Assembly: GCA_017541825.1 (NCBI GenBank)
Contig: JAFXYJ010000043.1
Location: 17,154-81,153, forward strand
From: Oscillospiraceae bacterium
Lineage (GTDB): Bacteria > Bacillota > Clostridia > Oscillospirales > Oscillospiraceae
Length of the DNA stretch: 64,000 nt
Direction of reading: 5' to 3'
Shown here piece after piece: positions 1 to 12,111 of the stretch. A program made the translations under genes and the position numbers. Below the pieces are notes generated by a model. That model did no database searches. It saw nothing but the letters and a program-made list of their open reading frames with translations, and had not been told where the DNA came from. Position 1 is the stretch's first letter, and the number at the start of each line of letters is the position of its first letter.

Positions 1-121
1 TCCCCGCCGGGCCGATGCGCCCGGCCAGCCACACCTGCCAGAGCATCCCCACGCCCCGCATGACCAGCGACGACACGGTCAGCAGCGCGGTGTTGCGGAT
101 GAGCTTTGTTCCTCCGATCAA
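1..121 (-). CDS. Partial 5' end of a MOP-superfamily flippase-like membrane protein (SpoVB/MurJ-type N-terminus); the gene runs off the window
   Basis: Too short to appear in the ORF track. Reverse-strand translation from TTG at 121 gives MIGGTKLIRNTALLTVSSLVMRGVGMLWQVWLAGRIGPAG. This fits the SpoVB/MurJ N-terminal pattern of a hydrophobic TM1 followed by R-x-I-G-x-x-G. The start codon and RBS are uncertain. Confidence 0.35.
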   Translation of the reverse strand, partial: MIGGTKLIRNTALLTVSSLVMRGVGMLWQVWLAGRIGPAG

Positions 122-125
122 TCGG

Positions 126-169
126 CATGCCCCCCGCGGACAGCTTATGCGCCGTCCGCGGGGGGCATG
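126..169. repeat. Perfect 16-bp inverted repeat (stem-loop) in a divergent intergenic region
   Basis: CATGCCCCCCGCGGAC (126-141) pairs perfectly with GTCCGCGGGGGGCATG (154-169) across a 12-nt loop. Neither side has a U-tract, so it is not a canonical terminator. Confidence 0.6.
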
Positions 170-195
170 TTACGCGATTGGGCGGCGCCCTTCTA

Positions 196-224
196 TTGAT
201 TTTCGCCCGAATCGGGGCTATAAT
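196..224 (+). promoter_or_regulatory. Sigma-70-like promoter of the giant surface-protein gene
   Basis: TTGATT (196-201), a 17-nt spacer, then TATAAT (219-224). An AGGGAG RBS lies about 12 nt before the ATG at 269. Confidence 0.55.
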
Positions 225-268
225 AACTCTGTATATGGTAAATTCTGCCCAAAGGGAGACCGTCTGAT

Positions 269-3200
269 ATGAAGAACAGTCTGAAACGGATCACAGCCAT
301 GCTCCTTTGCGTGGTGATGTGCGTGTCCATGCTCCCCGTGAGCGCGCTCGCCGGCGACGAACCGGACGCGGAGACGGAGGAGCAGGGAGCCGCCGCCGTC
401 CTGCCCGAACCGCAGGAGGACGAGCCGGAGGAGCCTCAGGGCGCGCAGATCGGCGAACCGGAGCCGGACCCGGAAACCGAGCCCGCCGGGGAACCGGAGG
501 AGACTCCTGCCGAAGAACCGGAGCCCGAACCGACGGAGGAAGCCGAAGAAGCTTTGGAGACCGAACCGGAAGCCGGGCCGACCGACGAACCCGGGGAGAT
601 CCCCGCCGACGAGCCGACGGACGAGCCCGTCGAGGAACCGGCGGACGAGCCGACGGACGAGCCGACGGACGAGCCCGTCGAGGAACCGGCGGACGAGCCC
701 ACGGAGCCCGACGAGCCCACGGAGCCCGACGAGCCCACAGAGGCCGACGAGTCTGCAGAGGCTGTGGAGCCCGACGAGCCCATGCGCGGCGGGACGAGAG
801 CCGCGGCCTCCGGCACCTGCGGTGATAATCTGACCTGGACGTTTTTCGACAACGGCCAGCTGACCATCAGCGGCAGCGGCGCCATGGACGAGAGCGGACT
901 TACGCCATGGTACAGTTATCAGTATCAGATCAAATATGTTTCGATCAGCGAGGGCGTTACGACGCTGCGGGCGGCGGCTTTTCCGAATTGCTCCGCATTG
1001 ACGACCGTCAGTTTGCCGAGTACTCTGCGATCCATCGGGGAAGGCGCGTTTATCGGCTGCCGCGCCCTTACAGAGGTGACGATCCCCCAGGGCGTGACAT
1101 CCATCAGTCCGCAGACTTTTTCCGGCTGCAGGGCGCTCGCGAGCGTGACGATCCCGGATTCGGTGACGTCGATCGGAAGAAGGGCTTTTTATGAATGCTA
1201 CGCCCTTACCGAGGTGACGATCCCCGGGCATGTGACTTCGATCGGCAGTGAAGCCTTTTGGGCTTGTTCCGGGCTGACAAGCGTCACGATCCCGGACAGC
1301 GTTGAGACCATTGCTGATGGAGCGTTCTATTTTTGCAGAAACCTGCAGAGCATAGAGCTCCCGTCGACGCTGACTGCCCTCGGGGCGAATGCACTGCGGT
1401 CAACAGCTCTGACGAGCGTGACCATTCCCGCCGGTATCACATCGTTGAGCGACGGGCTGTTTGTCGACTGCCAACAGCTTACGAATGTAACTATCCACTC
1501 CGGCGTCACCTCCATCGGCAGCGCCGTTTTCTCCAACTGCACCGCGCTGCAGTCCGTGACGATCCCGGCCAGCGTCACATCAATCGGAGAACTTCCGTTC
1601 CTTCAGTGCTCCGCGCTGACAGCCATCAATGTGGTGAGCGGGAATCCCGCCTACCGCAGTGTGGACGGCGTCCTTTTCACTGCTGACGGGACAACGCTGC
1701 TGGTGTATCCCGCCGGCAAGACCGAAACGTCCTACATTATTCCCGAGGGCGTGACCGCCGTCGGTGACTCCGCCTTCTCTTTTGCTGAGGCGCTCACGAG
1801 CGTGACAATCCCGGTGAGCGTTGTGAGCATCGGCAACGAGGCTTTCGGCGGTACGGGGCTGACAAAGGTGTTCTACGGCGGCACTGAGGAGCAGAGGGAA
1901 GGGATCACCTTCAGCGGGGGAGGTCACTCCCAGATAAACAATGCCAATTGGAATTATGTTCAGGAATCAACGTTCGTCGCCGAGGGCGAATGCGGCGACA
2001 ACCTGCACTGGACGCTGGACGAGAACGGCCTGCTGACCATCACCGGTACCGGGGACATGTACGACTATACGTCCAACAGCGACGACAAGCCCTGGGCAGA
2101 CTATGCCGACGACATCAAGGCCATTGTCGTTTCCTCCGGAGTGACCGGCATCGGCAACTATGCATTTTCGTCGCTTGCCGATCTGATAAGCGTTTCGATC
2201 GATGACGGCGTGACGCGCATTGGGGAAGGCGCGTTCAGTACCTGCGATTCCCTCACGAGCGTAACGATCCCCCGGGGTGTGAACGAGATCAACCGGGATA
2301 CGTTCAGAAACTGTACAGAGCTCGTGAGCGTGACGATCCCGGACAGCGTGGCGAGCATCGGCAACAGTGCTTTTTACGACTGTGACGGGCTTGACGCGGT
2401 ATATATCAATGATCTTACAGCCTGGCTTGGGATCAGCTTTTCAAACTTTTATTCCAACCCGCTTTATTACGCGCACGATCTGTATGTGAACGACACATTG
2501 CTTCAGGAACTTGTTATTCCGGACGGAATAACAAGCATCGGTATTTATGCCTTCTATAACTGCAGTAAGCTCACGAGCGTAACGATCCCGTCAAGCGTGA
2601 CGAGTATCGGCGAGTCTGCTTTCTCCGGCTGCAGCGGACTGACGAGCGTGACGATCCCGTCGGGCGTGACGAGCATCGGCAGCTGGGCCTTCTCCGGCTG
2701 CAGCGGGCTGACGAGCGTGACGATCTCGTCGGGCGTGACGAGCATCGGCAGCGGGGCCTTCTCCGGTACGGGGCTGACGAGCATAACGATCCCCGATGGT
2801 TTGACAGGCATCAGCAGCCAGGCCTTTTACGATTGCAGCAGTCTGACGAGCGTGACGATCCCGGTGAGCGTTGTGAGCATCGGCAACGATGCCTTCTCCG
2901 GTACGGGGCTGACAGAGGTGTTCTACGGCGGCACCGAGGAGCAGAAGGAAGAGATCACCTTCAGCGGGACAGGACACACCGAGATACGCAACGCTACTTG
3001 GCATTATGAGCAGGGAGCCTCCATCGTCGCCGAGGGAGAATGCGGTGAGAACCTGCACTGGACGCTGGATGCCGACGGTGTGCTCACCATCTCCGGCACC
3101 GGGGAGATGTATAATTATAACGGTGATGATAATCCATGGAATGAGTACACGACATCGATCAAGTCGATTGTTGTCAACGAAGGTGTTACCAGCATTGGAG

Positions 3201-6200
3201 ATTATGCTTTCTATGAGTGTCATCTTCTGGCGAGCATCACTATAGCGAATAGTGTGTTCAGCATAGGGAAATACGCATTTGCGAGTTGCTCTTCACTAAC
3301 AAGCGTCTCGATCCCTTATGGAGTGACAAGCATTAAGGATTCTGCGTTTTTTGCTTGCACGGCTCTGAGCGACATCTCGATACCGAACAGCGTAACCGTC
3401 ATTGAGTGTTCCGCCTTCCAAGGGTGTGCCTCGCTAACAAGTGTTTCGCTTCCTGAGAGTGTGATCTCCATCGGGGATGCCGCGTTCTTTTCCTGTACTT
3501 CTTTGACGGACGTTATTATACCGGAGAGCGTTTCCAGTATTGGGGATTATGCTTTTAGGGCTTGTTATTCTCTTACATTCGTTAGTATACCGGATGGTGT
3601 GACTGGCATTGGGGTTCTTACATTTGATGCTTGCCGTTCTCTGACGAGCATAACGATTCCAAACAGCGTAACGTACATTAGTGGCGGCGCCTTCTCGGGG
3701 TGTTCTTCTTTGGCGGATATTATTATTCCAGATAGCGTGACTAGTATTGGGGATAATGCATTTAGCAATTGCTCCTCTTTGACTAGTATTTCGATACCCT
3801 CCGCCGTTACAAGCATTGGCAATTTCCCGTTCAGAGGCTGCACGGCTTTAACTGCCGTTTTAGTGGCAGAAGGAAACGAATATTATTACAGTGACGGAAT
3901 ATGCTTGTATAACAACGAAAAAACTACCTTGATCTTTGTTCCCGAAGGAGTTTTGGGAGAGCTGCGTATTCTTCTAACCACTACAACAATTGATACTGCT
4001 GCGTTTTATCATTGTTCCTCATTAAATAGTGTCACGATTCCTGACAGCGTGACAAGAATAGAGATCAATGCTTTTCTCGAGTGCGCATCGTTAAGGACAG
4101 TGCACTATCTTGGCACTTCAACACAAAGGGGCGCCATCTCCATCGGACGGGGTAACGATTTACTAACCAATGCGACATGGTATTGCGTGATTGCTTCCGG
4201 ACCTTGCGGAGATAACCTCATTTGGAAGCTGGATGAAGGCAACTTGATTACTATTTCCGGAACAGGGGAGATGTACGATTATTCATCTGCCGAAAACGCC
4301 GCATCGCCTTGGTATAGTTTTTGCCGTAGTATAAAAAAGGCTGTCCTCGATGATGGAGTGACGAGCATTGGGGATTATGCCTTCTATAACTGTTCTGCTC
4401 TGACAGATATCATGCTCCCGGATAGTGTGATACGCATAGGAAATGCTGCATTCTATAATTGCGGAGGTTTAACTAGAATAACGATCCCCGATAATGTGAT
4501 AGCTATCGGAGACAGTGCTTTTCGTGCATGCCAAGCCTTAACGCATATCGCGATTCCGAGCGGTGTTATCAGCATAAGCAATTCTGCCTTTTTGACCTGC
4601 ACTTCTTTGAAAAGCGTTACTATTCCGGACAGTGTTACCAGCATTGGTGAATATGCATTTGGAGGATGCTTTTCTCTGACGAATATCACCATTCCGAACA
4701 GTGTAACCAGCATCGGGGATTGGGCGTTTTATCATTGTTCTTCATTGACGAGCATCAGTATTCCGGATGGTGTCACCAATATTGGTGATCGGGCTTTTTA
4801 TCTTTGTTCTTCATTGACGGACATTTCAATCCCGACCGATGTAATCAGTATAGGAGAATCAGCCTTTTATGGTTGTTCTTCCTTGGAAAGCATTTCGATC
4901 CCGGCTGGTGTAACCGCAATAGGGGAATCAGCTTTTGAAGGATGCACCGCTTTGACAGGCTTCACGATACCGGACGGTGTAACTGTCATTAACTACAAAG
5001 CCTTTTGCAATTGCTCTGCCCTCACGAGCATCACGATCCCGTCTGGTGTGACAAATATAGGGGAAGAAGCCTTTGGCGGCTGCAGTTCGCTGACCAGCGT
5101 ATTCTTTGAAGGTAATATGCCGGACATCGACAATACCGCGTTTACCGGCGTCGAGGCGACGGTGTATTATCCCTGCGGAGACGATACATATAACGAGCAA
5201 TCAATACAGCCGTATGGCGGAACGTTAATATGGAATAGAGCCCCCCACACACCCGGCGAGGCAGTGAAGGAGGACGACGTCGCACCTAACTGCACGGAAG
5301 CGGGCCACTATGATATGGTCGTATACTGCGCCGTCTGCGGTGGGGAGCTCAGCCGCGAGACAATCACGACCGGCGCAGCCCTCGGCCACACGGAGGCCGT
5401 CGACGAGGCGGTGGCGCCGACCTGCACGGAAACCGGCCTGACGGAAGGCTCGCACTGCTCGGTATGCGGCGAAGTGCTCGTGGCCCAGGAGGTCGTTCCC
5501 GCGCTCGGCCACACGGAAGTCACCGATGAAGCAGTGGCGCCAACCTGCACGGAGACGGGCCTGACGGAAGGGGCACACTGCTCGGTGTGCGGCGAGGTGC
5601 TCACCGCGCAGGAGACGATCCCCGCCCTCGGCCACACGGAAGTCACCGATGAGGCGGTGGCGCCGACCTGCGCGGAGACGGGTCTGACGGAAGGCTCGCA
5701 CTGCTCGGTGTGCGGCGACGTGCTTGTTGCGCAGGAGGTCATTCCCGCCCTCGGTCACAAGCCCGGCGAGCCGGTCATCGAAAACATGATCCCCGCGACG
5801 GCCGAAGCCGCCGGCAGCTACGAGGAGGTCGTATACTGCGCGGTCTGCCATGCGGAGCTCAGCCGCACCCTGAAAACGCTCATCCATATCGAGACCGCTC
5901 CCACGCTGGACCGGGATTATCTGGTCTTGACCGTCGGCGCCGATGAGGACGTCACACTGTCCGTGTGCGGCGTGGCGGACGAGTGGCTGCCCTTCGTCGA
6001 ATGGAGCTCCAGCGACGACAATGTCCTCACCGTGGAGGGCGGCCGCCTGACGGCAGTGGCCATGGGCACAGCCGACGCGATCGCGCGGCTAGATACCGGC
6101 GAGACGGAGTACATCCTTCGCTGCCGGGTGGACGTCATTGAGAACACCACGGTCGCTGAAGACATCGAATGGCGCGAGAACGGCGCCGTGCGTCTGACCT

Positions 6201-8128
6201 CGACAAAAGCCACGGTCCAGCTGTTCAAGACCGATTACACCCGCATCCAGATCATTCCGGTCCTATCGCAGAATCTGCCGCAGAATATGCGCGGCACGGG
6301 CGTCGCCATTGAAAGCGCGAGCTTTACCTCCCCGGCGGCAGCGGCGCTCTTTGACCTTCGGGTCGTGGACGACCGCACGCTGGAGATCGTGCCCACCGAG
6401 TCGGCGCTGAGCGCGCCCAAGCAGGTCAAGTCCAAATACACGACCGCCGTGACGGTCACGATCGACGGCCAGGAATTCACCACCGAAAAGAAGCTCACCC
6501 TGACCGTGAAAAAGAGCCTGCCCACGATCAAGGCCAAGGCCGTGAAGCTCAACAGCTTCTTTGCCGGCGACACGCAGCCGATCGTCTTCACCGGCGGCAC
6601 GGTGACGGCTGTGCGGCTCGCCGACGGCAGGACCGTGCCCGAATGGATCGCGCTCAGTGAGGACTGCAGGAGCATCGCTTACACAGGAACGCTCAACGCC
6701 AAGAACAGCGGCAAGCTGTATCTGACGGCGACGGTAGCGGGCTGGGCTGTGGAGCGCCCGGTGACGGTGTCGGTCGGCAGCGCGAAGACCGCGCCGACGA
6801 TCAAGCCGAAGGCGGCGACCCTGACGCTGTTGCCTGTCGGCGCGAACCATGTGAGCACCATTTTCAGCGTATCCCCGGCGGTATATACCGACGCCGAGCG
6901 CTTCCCGGTGACTGTGAGCTGCGTTACCGAGGGCGGCACGGCCAGCACGGCGCTGGATTGCTCGGTCGATGGGAACACACTCACCGTCCGGGCGGGGGCG
7001 GCGCTCGACACCGCCGCAGCGCACACCTTCAAGGTATACCTGTGCGTGGCAGGGGTTGAAAAGGCCGTCACCGTCAAGACCCTGCCCAAAGCAACACCAA
7101 CAATTACGGTCAAGGCCGGCGGCGCCTTCGACACGGCGATTCCGGGCAGCCCGATCAAGCTGACGGTCAGCATCCCCCGCGTATACTGCTGTGAAGCTCT
7201 GTCCGTACAGGTGCGGAAGATCGGCTCCGCGGGCGAAGTGCAGCACTTTGAGGAGGCGCTCGATGTTCGCGCCGAGCCCACAGCCGGCGGCGGCAGCATC
7301 GTCCTGTCCCTGACAGATCCCGCGCTGCTGGAGCCCGGCTGTGAGTGCAGGGCGATCGTCACGGCGACGCTCGAGGGAGGCGCTGCGGTCCGGTCCGCCC
7401 CGGTCAAACTGACGATCAAGCGCTCGGCTGCGTCCAAGGTCAAGCCCGCCGTCAGCCTCAAGGTCTCCGGCGGCATCGACGTGCTGCGGCCGGGCACCGG
7501 CGTCACGATCCGCCCGACGGTGAAGAACTACTACGGCGCGGCGCAGCCCGAGCTGACGGTGTACTACAAGCAGGGCAAGACCTGGACGCCCCTGACCCGA
7601 GACGAGAGCGGCCTGCGCTTCGCCCTGGGCGAAGAGACCGTGCTTGAAGCGGAATACTCCGCCGAAAACGGTTTCGTCCTGCGCCGTGCCGGCAAACTGG
7701 ATCACACGAAGAAATACGCGGTCAGCGTCGGCTATACCATCGACGACAGCAGCGAGGCCAACAACGGCGTATACGCGAGCAAGATCACGGCGATCACGGT
7801 CAAGCAGGGGAAGGTCAAGCTCACCCAGAGCGCCAAGACGGTGCAGCTGCTGCGGGACGACCGGTACAGCGAGGGCGTGGTGACGATCAGCTTCGCGGAC
7901 GGAACGCTGGCGGGGATCGACCGTGTGGTGCTGGTCTCGCCGAAGAACAAGGCGGGGGAGACGCTCTTCGAGCTGGAGGATCTGGGCTTCGGGCGGTACG
8001 CGATCCGCTACAGCGGCGGGCGCGTCACGACGACCAAGGCGGCCACGGTGAAGCTGCAGGTGTTCATGAAGGGCAGCACCGCGGCCAAGGCCAACGTCAC
8101 GATAAGCGTCAAGATCAACATAGGATAA
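269..8128 (+). CDS. Giant secreted modular surface protein (2619 aa): signal peptide, acidic P/E/T-rich linker, four BspA-type LRR arrays, Cys-motif repeats, Ig-like (Big_2-type) domains
   Basis: The N-terminus [29 protein letters not shown] looks like a signal peptide. There are many units of about 23 aa of the form VTIPxSVTSIGxxAFxxCxxLTSV (LRR_5/BspA-like). Four header modules read CG(D/E)NLxW..G.L.I(S/T)G(T/S)G.M. Three repeats of 41 aa each carry C-x10-C-x2-C. The C-terminal third is beta-rich and Ig-like. I saw no LPXTG, SLH or choline-binding anchor. Confidence 0.9.
   Translation: [2619 protein letters not shown]
2621..2758 (+). repeat. Two near-identical in-frame 69-bp tandem repeats (one LRR unit each)
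   Basis: Unit 1 (2621-2689) and unit 2 (2690-2758) differ at only 3 positions by eye. A degenerate third unit follows. Confidence 0.85.
5378..5746 (+). repeat. Three in-frame 123-bp tandem repeats encoding a 41-aa Cys-motif module
   Basis: ALGHTE(A/V)(V/T)DEAVAPTC(T/A)ETGLTEG(S/A)HCSVCG(E/D)VL(V/T)AQE(V/T)(V/I)P starts at 5378, 5501 and 5624. Related degenerate units flank the array. Confidence 0.85.
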
Positions 8129-8148
8129 GACCGCAGAATCCAAAAAAG

Positions 8149-8187
8149 AGGCGGCTGCCGTTTTCGGCAGCCGCCTTTTCGTCTTTT
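8149..8187. terminator. Bidirectional intrinsic terminator between the giant gene (+) and recG (-)
   Basis: 12-bp stem AGGCGGCTGCCG / CGGCAGCCGCCT with a TTTT loop. An A-run lies upstream and TTTCGTCTTTT downstream. Confidence 0.75.
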
Positions 8188-8191
8188 GTCC

Positions 8192-12107
<3,916 letters not shown>

Positions 12108-12111
<4 letters not shown>

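Noticed and set aside
3100-5240. The low-GC block considered as an inserted mobile element or prophage fragment.
   Set aside because: The reading frame is uninterrupted and the block still encodes the same LRR architecture. It has no transposase, integrase, inverted terminal repeats or target-site duplication. I report it instead as an intragenic mosaic.
2580-5760. Regular tandem repeats (69-bp and 123-bp periods) that could superficially resemble a CRISPR array.
   Set aside because: The repeats are contiguous, with no unique spacers. They are in frame and encode LRR and Cys-motif protein units inside a continuous ORF. No cas genes are in the window.
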